In this document: positions 22,889-30,599 of the stretch, piece by piece
How positions within the stretch are numbered: position 1 is the first letter of the stretch
Layout: every line of letters begins with the position of its first letter
Assembly (NCBI GenBank): GCA_043808785.1
Contig: JAZDEL010000004.1
Span: forward strand, 150,001-182,000
DNA: 32,000 bases
Direction: 5' to 3'
Source: Candidatus Iainarchaeum sp.
Lineage (GTDB): Archaea > Iainarchaeota > Iainarchaeia > Iainarchaeales > JAZDEL01
Translations under genes and position numbers: made by a program
The notes under the pieces: generated by a model
Seen by the model: only the letters and a program-made list of their open reading frames with translations
The model's database searches: none
What the model was told of the DNA's origin: nothing

Positions 22889-23302
22889 TCAGGCTTCGAT
22901 TATCTTCCTTACAGCTATCTTTCTCACGCCGACCTCGAGCGTGCCGGAAGCCCTGCCGTACGTAAGCTGGCCGCTCCTTGGAGTGAACCCGCTCTTCGTT
23001 ATGGACGCGCGGACGGTGACGTCGTATTCCCCTGACTTTTTCTGTATCTTGCCGCTCATTGCGTTTATCTGGAACGCGTCCTTGGAGCGCAGTTTCTCCA
23101 TGCTTGCCTTTGGCCCGCTTGAAATAAGCTCGAACTCCCTTACCGCGCCGCAGCCGTTGAGGATCATGCCATACTCTATATCTTTATCCTTTGCCAGCTT
23201 GTTCAGGCGCTCGAAAATATCGGTGCCGTCGTTGATTTTCACGACGAATGTGTTCTCTTTTGACGTAGAATCCTCCGCCCTGCCGCATACCTTTTCAGCC
23301 AT
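22889..23302 (-). CDS. PPC (DUF296) domain DNA-binding protein
   Basis: Sequence pattern typical of PPC/DUF296 (FVVKINDGTDIFE.L...A......G.ILNGCGAV..FEL ... G.L.V). Confidence 0.75.
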   Translation of the reverse strand: MAEKVCGRAEDSTSKENTFVVKINDGTDIFERLNKLAKDKDIEYGMILNGCGAVREFELISSGPKASMEKLRSKDAFQINAMSGKIQKKSGEYDVTVRASITKSGFTPRSGQLTYGRASGTLEVGVRKIAVRKIIEA

Positions 23303-23375
23303 AATAAAACCACCCACCCAAAAAAACAGGGCATTGCAGCCCCGAAATTGAAAACTTTTTACCCACCCGTTGCAT

Positions 23376-23459
23376 TTATTCGTCCATTGTGCCGCCGCAG
23401 CCGCAGCCGCACGAGGAACTTGATTTGCTTTTCTTCTTTGCTCCCTTTTTAGCAGCCAT
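23376..23459 (-). CDS. candidate 27-aa Lys/Ser-rich peptide ending in CGCGCGG (below track cutoff)
   Basis: Own translation: MAAKKGAKKKSKSSSSCGCGCGGTMDE. SD GGGGTGA lies 6 nt upstream and GTTTAAATA (reverse complement of 23516-24) about 55 nt upstream. No homolog known to me. Confidence 0.4.
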   Translation of the reverse strand: MAAKKGAKKKSKSSSSCGCGCGGTMDE

Positions 23460-23554
23460 TAAAATTCACCCCTTAAGAGGGCGGCAGCCCCTGAAATATA
23501 ACCCTCCTCAATCAGTATTTAAACATATGCGGGCAAAAATCAGGCATCCCCCAA

Positions 23555-23634
23555 CAATTCAAAATTCCGCGGTTCCGTAATTTCCAATTCCGCGGTTTCC
23601 GTGGTTCGGCAATCTCAAATTCCGTGGTTTTTTA
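23555..23634 (+). promoter_or_regulatory. cluster of TTCCGYGGTT-type direct repeats upstream of the ABC transporter
   Basis: AATTCCGCGGTTCCGT (23563-78), AATTCCGCGGTTTCCGTGGTT (23586-606) and AAATTCCGTGGTTT (23617-30), ending at the ATG at 23634. Confidence 0.5.
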
Positions 23635-24632
23635 TGCCTGCGAACGCTATCGAAACCGAAAAAATATGCAAGAGTTACGGCAGCCTGAAGGCTGTCGACA
23701 ACGTAACCCTCTCGGTTAAGCAGGGCAGCATTTTCGGCCTGCTCGGCCCCAATGGCGCGGGAAAGACAACGCTTATTTCGATGCTTGTGACAATGCGCAA
23801 GCCTACTTCGGGAAGCGCGAAGGTTAACGGATTCGATGTTTCATCGCAGGCGGGCATGGTCAGGAAAAGCATAGGAATTGTTTTCCAGGACCCGAGCCTT
23901 GATGATGAACTTACCGCAAGGGAGAACCTTGAGATGCACGCCTCCCTTTACGGCGTGCCCAAAGAGAAAAGGGCGGAGAGGGCTGCGGAGGTTGTGAAAA
24001 TAGTAGGGCTTGAGGGCAAGATGGATATTGTTGTGAAAAAATTCTCGGGGGGGATGAAGAGGCGCCTCGAGATTGCCCGCGGATTGATTCACCACCCGAA
24101 AGTGCTTTTTTTGGACGAACCAACCCTCGGCTTGGACCCGCAGACAAGGGCGGGGATATGGAAATATATAAAAGAAATAAATAAGGCCGAGGGAATCACG
24201 ATAATTCTCACAACGCATTACATGGATGAGGCGGACGGGGTGTGCGGCAGGATTGCGATAATCGACAACGGAAAAATAATGGCAATGGACACTCCGGCAA
24301 ACCTTAAGAACGCGCTCGGCGGCGACATAATTTCGGTTAAGTGCGGCGGGGGGGAAGAATGCGCCGAAAAACTTCGCGCAGTTAAGTGGGCAAAAAAGGT
24401 TACGGCGCACGACGGGTTCATGGATGTTACAGTGGAAAAGGGTGAGGAGAAAATTCCCGAACTTATGCGCCTCGCGGAAAAAAGCGGGACAAAGGTCGGG
24501 TCAGTCAGCCTGAGGAAACCGTCCCTTGACGACGTGTTCCTGCATTACACGGACAGGACAATAAGGGAGGAAGAGGCGAAGCCCATCGAGGGGATGAGGA
24601 TGAGGGGCAGGGCATGGGGGAGGGGGGGATAA
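23634..24632 (+). CDS. ABC transporter ATP-binding protein (ABC-2/DrrA-like exporter subfamily)
   Basis: Walker A GPNGAGKTT, signature FSGGMKRRL, Walker B LFLDEPTLGLD. ATG at 23634 (MPANAIETEK) is preferred to the GTG at 23601. Confidence 0.9.
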   Translation: MPANAIETEKICKSYGSLKAVDNVTLSVKQGSIFGLLGPNGAGKTTLISMLVTMRKPTSGSAKVNGFDVSSQAGMVRKSIGIVFQDPSLDDELTARENLEMHASLYGVPKEKRAERAAEVVKIVGLEGKMDIVVKKFSGGMKRRLEIARGLIHHPKVLFLDEPTLGLDPQTRAGIWKYIKEINKAEGITIILTTHYMDEADGVCGRIAIIDNGKIMAMDTPANLKNALGGDIISVKCGGGEECAEKLRAVKWAKKVTAHDGFMDVTVEKGEEKIPELMRLAEKSGTKVGSVSLRKPSLDDVFLHYTDRTIREEEAKPIEGMRMRGRAWGRGG

Positions 24633-25387
24633 TGCTTAGCAACGAACTTGAAGGCATTTATACCCTCTGGAAAAGGGAGATGATAAGGTTCTTCCGCTCC
24701 AAGAGCAGGGTCATAGGCAGTTTGGGGATGCCCTTCTTTTTCCTTGCGATTCTCGGATTGGGCGCGGGCAGCGCGTTCAGCATGCCTGGCGGGAATTACC
24801 TGCAGTTCATCGCCCCCGGCATAATAGGGATGGTGCTGATGTTCGGCTCGATGTTCTCGGGAATAATCGTGCTTGTCGACAGGCAGTTCGGCTTCCTCAA
24901 GGAAACGCTTGTTGCGCCGATAAGCAGGCTCTCCATAATAATCGGCAAGGTGCTCGGGGGGGCGACAACCGCGATGCTGCAGGGCGTGCTCATAATGGCT
25001 GTCGCAATTCTCCTCGGCGCGCAGATGCAGCTCGCAAACATACTGCTCCTGCTCGTGTTCATGTTCCTTATTTCAACAATGTTCGTTTCCCTCGGGATTG
25101 CGATTGCCTCCATCCTTGAGGACATGCACGGTTTTCAGTTAATAATGAATTTCATAATAATGCCGCTGTTCTTCCTCAGCGGTGCGCTGTTCCCGCTTTC
25201 CTCCGCCCCCGCGCCTATTGCAATAGCCTCGATGCTCGACCCCCTTACTTACGGCGTGAACGGGCTGAGGTTTATACTTCTCGGGCACTCCGACATAAAT
25301 TTCTTCTTTTGCACCGCGGTTGTGCTCGGGTTCACCGCTGTTTTCATGGCAGCGGCGATTTTCCTTTTCGGCAGGATTGAGGAGTAA
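24632..25387 (+). CDS. ABC-2 type transporter permease
   Basis: Six-TM ABC-2 permease. Its start overlaps the ATPase stop (TAATG). Confidence 0.85.
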   Translation: MLSNELEGIYTLWKREMIRFFRSKSRVIGSLGMPFFFLAILGLGAGSAFSMPGGNYLQFIAPGIIGMVLMFGSMFSGIIVLVDRQFGFLKETLVAPISRLSIIIGKVLGGATTAMLQGVLIMAVAILLGAQMQLANILLLLVFMFLISTMFVSLGIAIASILEDMHGFQLIMNFIIMPLFFLSGALFPLSSAPAPIAIASMLDPLTYGVNGLRFILLGHSDINFFFCTAVVLGFTAVFMAAAIFLFGRIEE

Positions 25388-25900
25388 TTAAGGGAGCGGC
25401 TTTTTGCGAGGGAGCGGCCGCGGCTTTATGGCCGATTTGCTTTCGGGCTTTGCCGGCCTGCCATAGATCAGCGGCGGATAAGGTTCGGCGCTTGCCAGCC
25501 TCCTGCCAAACCACCCCCCCAACGAAGACAGGGCGCCGTCAAAAATTCTTTTATAGCAAAACGCGGCTGCTCCGCCAAAAGAAACAACCTTTACTTTATC
25601 ATTTTTGCCTAATTTTGCCGAAATAGCCCTCACGGCTTTCTTAAAACTTTTTTTATACGGCGGGAAAGAGCTTACTATGGGGCGGTTTTTATAACCGTGC
25701 CTAATCAAAAAAAATCTTTCGGGAGGAATACTGGTCAGCGAAGATAATGCACATAACTCCTTTTCAGAAAATGCAAAATAATCAAACACGAAAAGAAAAG
25801 TATTGGGCTCCTTTTTAAAACTCTCTTTTATGAACTCGGCAAGCTGTTCCATCTTTTGCGTTGGCAGCCGGTGAAGATGAATTCCGATAAGCAACTGCAT
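25388..25900 (-). CDS. hypothetical protein in a locally AT-rich segment
   Basis: Leaderless ATG at 25900, about 27 nt from GCTTAAATTT. No family recognised. The N-terminal two thirds are encoded by visibly AT-richer DNA than the flanks. Confidence 0.5.
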   Translation of the reverse strand: MQLLIGIHLHRLPTQKMEQLAEFIKESFKKEPNTFLFVFDYFAFSEKELCALSSLTSIPPERFFLIRHGYKNRPIVSSFPPYKKSFKKAVRAISAKLGKNDKVKVVSFGGAAAFCYKRIFDGALSSLGGWFGRRLASAEPYPPLIYGRPAKPESKSAIKPRPLPRKKPLP

Positions 25901-26041
25901 GAAACAATAAGGCGCACGGTAAATTTAAGCATTTCCGTTTCGGGCAGGCTTTCGGCTTTTTCCGCCAACCAAACTTTTCAGGGAACCCTGCACAGGCTTC
26001 CGCGGGCGCAATAAAAACCTTTTGCCTGCACATTTTATCGT

Positions 26042-26115
26042 GCCCCCGTAGTATAGCCTGGACAGTACTCGGGCCTCCGGAGCCCGTGACCGGGGTTCAA
26101 ATCCCCGCGGGGGCG
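26042..26115 (+). tRNA. tRNA-Arg(CCG), intron-less
   Basis: GCCCCCG-TA-GTAT-AGCCTGGACA-GTAC-T-CGGGC-CTCCGGA-GCCCG-TGAC-CGGGG-TTCAAAT-CCCCG-CGGGGGC-G. AATAAAAACC lies about 27 nt upstream. Confidence 0.95.
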
Positions 26116-26230
26116 CTTCGGAAAAAACAAAACAAAAAACGAACCGACGGTTCGCCGGGTTTTTGGGTTTTGGTTTTTCGGGTTTTGTTTTTCGGATTTA
26201 TTTTTGGTTTTGCCGCTTGTTTTTTTGCCT
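26116..26230 (+). terminator. hairpin plus multiple G-punctuated T-tracts downstream of tRNA-Arg
   Basis: GAACC-GAC-GGTTC hairpin (26141-53), flanked by A-rich (26121-40) and T-rich (26160-26228) runs. T5-T7 tracts are archaeal termination signals. Confidence 0.45.
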
Positions 26231-26299
26231 TAGCCCTTTGCCTAACAAAAAAACGGCATATTTAAATACGGCTGGGCAATAGTATTGCAGGCGTTTTAC

Positions 26300-28438
26300 A
26301 TGGATAGGGGCTTGAAGTTAATCGCTTTGTTCTGCGTGCTCGGGGTTGCGGGCATGCTGCTGCTCGGCTGTGTTGAACAGCCAACTGCCCCGGGCGGAAA
26401 TCCTCCGGGAAATCCGCCAACAAATCCGCCCACCAACCCCCCCTCGAACCCGCCAGCCAACCCGCCCGCACAGAACGGGGAATTTTCAACGCTGAACAAA
26501 TTTTCGAATTATGAGGAACTTGCCGCTGCTTTCGGCAGTTCTGCCTATCGCGGCGGGGAGTACATGACGAAAGATATGGTGCTTGCAGGAGGCGCAACAC
26601 CTTCAATGGCGCCCGCATCTGCCGAATCAGCGCAGGACAGCGGCAGTTCAAGCAACGGCGGTGTCGGCTACTCGACAACCAACGTTCAGGTGGAAGGGGT
26701 TGATGAAGCCGACATAGTTAAGAGCGACGGGAAATATATTTACAACATCACGGGCAGCATGCTCGTGATAACGGATGCGTACCCGATTGAAACCGCGAAA
26801 ATACTGTCGCAGACCAAGCTCGGCGGAATGATGCGGGTGGAGAACTTTTCCCCGCAGGAGATGTTTGTTTCTGGCGACGTGCTGCTTATTTTCGGGAGCA
26901 AGACTTACAATTACAATTACGGATATGAGGGCACAATAACAAGGTGCGGAGGAATGGCAAGGTGCATTGTCCCGCCGTATTATATGCAGAGCATGGCTTC
27001 CGCAAGGATTTACGACATAAAGGACAGGGCGGCGCCTAAACTGGAGAAGGAAGTCGAGTTCCAGGGAAGTTATCTCACATCGAGGATGATAGGGGATAGC
27101 GCCTACTTTGTAATCAACAGTTCGCCGAACTACTGGGCAATGGCGATGACGGGGGACGAGAACAACATAATCCCCGTGATGGCGGAGGACGGCGCGGTAA
27201 AGAGGGTCGCGGAGGCAACGGAGATAGGATACATTCCGCCCATACCCGTCAACAGTTTCGTAACCATAGCGTCGCTGAACATGAAGAGCGGGAAACTGCA
27301 GAAGGAAACCGTTGCAGCGAGCGCGGAGAACGTTTATTCATCGCAGGAAAACATATACCTTGCCGCAACCGAGTGGAATTACTGCGACAGGCCGTATCCC
27401 GTGCCGCTCTCTGCGGAAATTGCGGTTGATTACTGCATGAAACGCAGTAGTGAAAATACCGCGGTAACAAAATTCGCGCTTTCTGAAGGGGAAATAAAGT
27501 TCGAGGGCTGCGGCTCCGTGCCCGGGCACGTGCTGAACCAGTTCTCGATGGATGAGTATGAGGGGAATTTCAGGATTGCAACCACGGAGGGGCAGGTCTG
27601 GGGCACGGGGGAAAGGCGCAGCTCGAACAACCTTTATGTGCTGGGTGCGGACATGAAGACTGTGGGCACGCTCGAGGACCTTGCACCCGGGGAGCAGATT
27701 TATTCGGTAAGGTTCATGGGCAAGCGAGCATACATGGTTACTTTCAAAAATACCGACCCGCTGTTCGTGATTGATGTTTCGGAACCCACGGCGCCAAAGG
27801 TGCTGGGCAAGCTGAAAATACCGGGCTACTCGGATTACCTGCACCCGATGGATGAAACCCATATAATCGGCGTCGGGAAGGAGGCGACTGAATCAAAATA
27901 CGGCGATTTCGCATGGTACCAGGGGATGAAGATTGCGGTTTTCGATGTCAGCGATGTGGAGCACCCTGTCGAGATGCATAAGGTCGTGATAGGCGACCGC
28001 GGAACCGATTCATACGCGCTGAACGACCACAGGGCATTCCTCTATGACGCGGAAAAGGAACTGCTGGTGCTGCCGATACAGCTGGCGGAAATCTCGGCGG
28101 AGGAAAGGGCGCGTGCGGAGAAGCGCGCGCAGGACTGGCCGCTTTACGGCGAACCCGTGTTCCAGGGCGCTTTCGTGTGGAGGCTGACGCTTGCGAACGG
28201 CTTCGAGGAGCGCGGGAGAATAACCCACATCACGCCCGAGGAGGAACTGAAGCGCGGCTATTATTACGGCTATGATTACCAGGTAAAGAGGGCGATGTAC
28301 ATAGGCGGCGTGCTTTACACGCTCTCGGACAGGATGCTGAAGGCTAACAATCTGGGGACGCTGGCGCAGCTAAAGGATTTTGTTTTCGAGAAGGGCAGCG
28401 AGGATTACTACTACGGCTATTACCCGCGCGGCGTGTGA
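26300..28438 (+). CDS. secreted beta-propeller domain lipoprotein (COG4880 / Beta_propel family)
   Basis: Lipobox LLLGC, (NPPx)n linker, YSTTNVQVEGVDEADIVKSDGKYIY, DPLFVIDVSEPTAPKVLGKLKIPGYSDYLHP, GMKIAVFDVSD. ATG at 26300 lies about 30 nt after ATATTTAAATAC. Confidence 0.85.
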   Translation: MDRGLKLIALFCVLGVAGMLLLGCVEQPTAPGGNPPGNPPTNPPTNPPSNPPANPPAQNGEFSTLNKFSNYEELAAAFGSSAYRGGEYMTKDMVLAGGATPSMAPASAESAQDSGSSSNGGVGYSTTNVQVEGVDEADIVKSDGKYIYNITGSMLVITDAYPIETAKILSQTKLGGMMRVENFSPQEMFVSGDVLLIFGSKTYNYNYGYEGTITRCGGMARCIVPPYYMQSMASARIYDIKDRAAPKLEKEVEFQGSYLTSRMIGDSAYFVINSSPNYWAMAMTGDENNIIPVMAEDGAVKRVAEATEIGYIPPIPVNSFVTIASLNMKSGKLQKETVAASAENVYSSQENIYLAATEWNYCDRPYPVPLSAEIAVDYCMKRSSENTAVTKFALSEGEIKFEGCGSVPGHVLNQFSMDEYEGNFRIATTEGQVWGTGERRSSNNLYVLGADMKTVGTLEDLAPGEQIYSVRFMGKRAYMVTFKNTDPLFVIDVSEPTAPKVLGKLKIPGYSDYLHPMDETHIIGVGKEATESKYGDFAWYQGMKIAVFDVSDVEHPVEMHKVVIGDRGTDSYALNDHRAFLYDAEKELLVLPIQLAEISAEERARAEKRAQDWPLYGEPVFQGAFVWRLTLANGFEERGRITHITPEEELKRGYYYGYDYQVKRAMYIGGVLYTLSDRMLKANNLGTLAQLKDFVFEKGSEDYYYGYYPRGV

Positions 28439-28501
28439 AGTGAAAAGCATACGCAGCCAACCCCCCGAAAAGATTTAAAAGCAGAAAACCCGAATTATTA
28501 C

Positions 28502-29155
28502 ATGGTTCTTGAAATCCTCTCGCCGCTTGTCGAGGCGCTTAACCCTTACCTCGACATAATTTACCCGAACTTCATGTCCGCCCTGCCCGCGCTGGCGCTA
28601 ATAATGCTGAGCATCGCGGCATATGCCACGCTCATATACATATTCTACAGGCTGGTCGCGAAGAGGGATATCTTCGAATGGAACGTGGAGAAGTACAGGA
28701 TAAAAAAGGGCGGGATGTTTGCCGCAATTGTCGACCTGGTGCTTGGCATAATAAAGTACGGCATTTTTTTCCCTTTCGTGGTTTTCCTCTGGTTCGGCGG
28801 GTTTTCCGTGCTGCTTTCCCTGCTTGCGAAAAACATAAACATGACACACCTGCTGCTGATATCCGCAACCCTTGTGGCGGCAATAAGGCTCACCTCATAT
28901 TACACCGAGGACCTTTCAAAGGACCTTGCGAAACTTGTGCCGTTTGCGCTTCTCGGCATTGCGCTCGCGGAACCGACTTTCTTTTCGCTCGAGTTGTTTG
29001 CGCAGAGGCTGGCGGACATGCCGCAGTTCCTTCCGCAGATTGCCGCGTATCTCACGTTCATAATATTGCTGGAGTGGGTACTGCGCGTGGTGCTGGCGTT
29101 CAAGCACCTTGTTTTCGGGGTTGCCCGGCCTAAAGCAGAGGGAAACGGGGCATAA
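28502..29155 (+). CDS. hypothetical integral membrane protein
   Basis: Five to six hydrophobic helices. TATA-like GATTTAAAAGC lies about 30 nt upstream. Confidence 0.6.
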   Translation: MVLEILSPLVEALNPYLDIIYPNFMSALPALALIMLSIAAYATLIYIFYRLVAKRDIFEWNVEKYRIKKGGMFAAIVDLVLGIIKYGIFFPFVVFLWFGGFSVLLSLLAKNINMTHLLLISATLVAAIRLTSYYTEDLSKDLAKLVPFALLGIALAEPTFFSLELFAQRLADMPQFLPQIAAYLTFIILLEWVLRVVLAFKHLVFGVARPKAEGNGA

Positions 29156-29458
29156 CAAAACAATTAATAACTGCCCGTGGGGCTGCAAGGGGTGAATGTG
29201 ATGATACGCGGGGTAGGGAGAATAAAGGGGGTTATCAGCAGGCTGCTGGCTAACCGCCTGCAGCGCAAACCGAGCGCCCACGGGGAGAAGCGCGAAATTG
29301 CCCCATCGGGGGAACGCCATGTGGAACCTGCCTCGCATTCCGGCGAAACGTGGACGGAATACGGGAAGGGACAGGGGTCAGATGTCGACCCCCGCACAAA
29401 ATTATCCGCAAGGAAGAGGGGACCGGGCAATTTCGAAACAACCGCCTGAGCTTAGCCC

Positions 29459-29863
29459 CTACTTAATCCTCTGCGCCATCTTCACCGCGGATTCGACCGA
29501 GCGCGTTGCGTAGCCGTCTATCCTCTGCATCGCCTGCATGCGCGTCATGCGCGGGCCGGAAATGCCGAGGGAAACGGGCTTGTTGTGCTCGAGCGAGAGG
29601 TCCATTATCTTGCGCGCCGCGTGCTGCGCAACAATCTCGTCGTGCCCGGTATCCCCTTCTATTACCGCGCCGAGGGTTACAACCGCGTCGATGCTTTTGT
29701 CCTGCAGCAGTTTCTTTATCGCGAGCGGCATATCGTACGTGCCCGGCACGTGGATTGTTTCCCCCGCCTCGACGCCAAGGAACTGTGCGTGCTCCCTTGC
29801 GCGCTGCAGCATCAGGCTGGTTACGTCATAGTTGAACTCCGAAACAACGAACCCTAACTTCAT
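29459..29863 (-). CDS. ribH: 6,7-dimethyl-8-ribityllumazine synthase
   Basis: [15 protein letters not shown]...[10 protein letters not shown]...[16 protein letters not shown] is typical archaeal RibH. SD GGAGGTGA. Confidence 0.9.
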   Translation of the reverse strand: MKLGFVVSEFNYDVTSLMLQRAREHAQFLGVEAGETIHVPGTYDMPLAIKKLLQDKSIDAVVTLGAVIEGDTGHDEIVAQHAARKIMDLSLEHNKPVSLGISGPRMTRMQAMQRIDGYATRSVESAVKMAQRIK

Positions 29864-30036
29864 CTATATTCACCTCCAAGGATAAACAAACCGCATATTA
29901 CCGCACCATCGGAGATGGCGCACATATTGCGGAGTGCCCCTATTTTGGCAAAGCCAAAATGGGCACAATTGGGCTTGCCCAATTCGTGCCGTACGCAATC
30001 GGGCTTGAATTCGGATACTACAAAACCCAACTTCAT
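29860..30036 (-). other. uORF or ghost gene start: duplicated ribH ribosome-binding site plus first 10 codons, then unrelated sequence; its stop overlaps the ribH ATG
   Basis: GGAGGTGG-N5-ATGAAGTTGGGTTTTGTAGTATCCGAATTCAAG encodes [11 protein letters not shown], against [11 protein letters not shown] in ribH. Seven differences are synonymous. The ORF ends in the ATGA overlap at 29860-29863. Confidence 0.35.
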
Positions 30037-30091
30037 CAAAACCACCTCCAAATTTTCGGTTTTTTGTTTTGGTTTTTGTTTTTTTATTTTT

Positions 30092-30574
30092 TTACAGTTC
30101 AAATTGGTCGGCATTAACCGAACCCTGCCTTTGCCCCGTGCCTGCAAGCGCACGCAGGGAATTTTTGCAGTTCCCGCCTTTTTCGTTCCGCAAAAGCGCG
30201 AGCGCGTTGCGCGCGTGCTTAACCGTGCGTTCGCGCATAATTTCGCGCATCTGCTTTTCGTTTTTTCCCTCATCCTCGTGAACGAAAACCTCGATAATGT
30301 GCCTGCCGGTTTGCAGCGCCGCGTTCTGCAAACCCTGCGATGCCACAAGCGCGCATTCCTTGTCTATGGGCTTCGAGCCGGGCATGCCGAGCGCGATTAC
30401 GATGCCGCAATCCTGCTCCGCGAGCAGTTTTTTCGCGGCAACGGGCAAGTCCTTTATCCCCGGAACCGTGAGGCGCACAATGCGCGCATCGCCTTCCGTG
30501 CGCAGGGTGCGCCCGCACAATGCGCCCATGTCCGCGCACGCGAACATTGTGTCCGCGATGCCGATTTTTTTCAT
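30092..30574 (-). CDS. ribC: archaeal-type riboflavin synthase
   Basis: TVPGIKDLPVAAKKLL, ALGMPG and HIIEVFVHEDE match the Methanocaldococcus MJ1184-type enzyme. Confidence 0.85.
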   Translation of the reverse strand: MKKIGIADTMFACADMGALCGRTLRTEGDARIVRLTVPGIKDLPVAAKKLLAEQDCGIVIALGMPGSKPIDKECALVASQGLQNAALQTGRHIIEVFVHEDEGKNEKQMREIMRERTVKHARNALALLRNEKGGNCKNSLRALAGTGQRQGSVNADQFEL

Positions 30575-30599
30575 GCCTGCTCCCTCCGCAGGTTTTTTT

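Noticed and set aside
26160-26228. CRISPR or other spaced repeat array (also 30055-30095)
   Set aside because: These are low-complexity GTTTT-type tracts without regular repeat-spacer periodicity. They are more consistent with terminator T-tracts and spacer DNA.
29160-29458. SRP (7S) RNA or RNase P RNA
   Set aside because: Length and end-pairing fit. However, I could not find the helix-8 GGAA...AGCA core of SRP RNA, nor the GGAAAGUCC / ACAGAA..CGGCUUA elements of the RNase P P4 helix, on either strand. It is kept only as an unassigned gap.
29864-30091. FMN riboswitch in the ribC-ribH spacer
   Set aside because: I do not recognise the conserved FMN-aptamer core (six-stem junction with its conserved G-rich joining segments). 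Only three independent hairpins are present.
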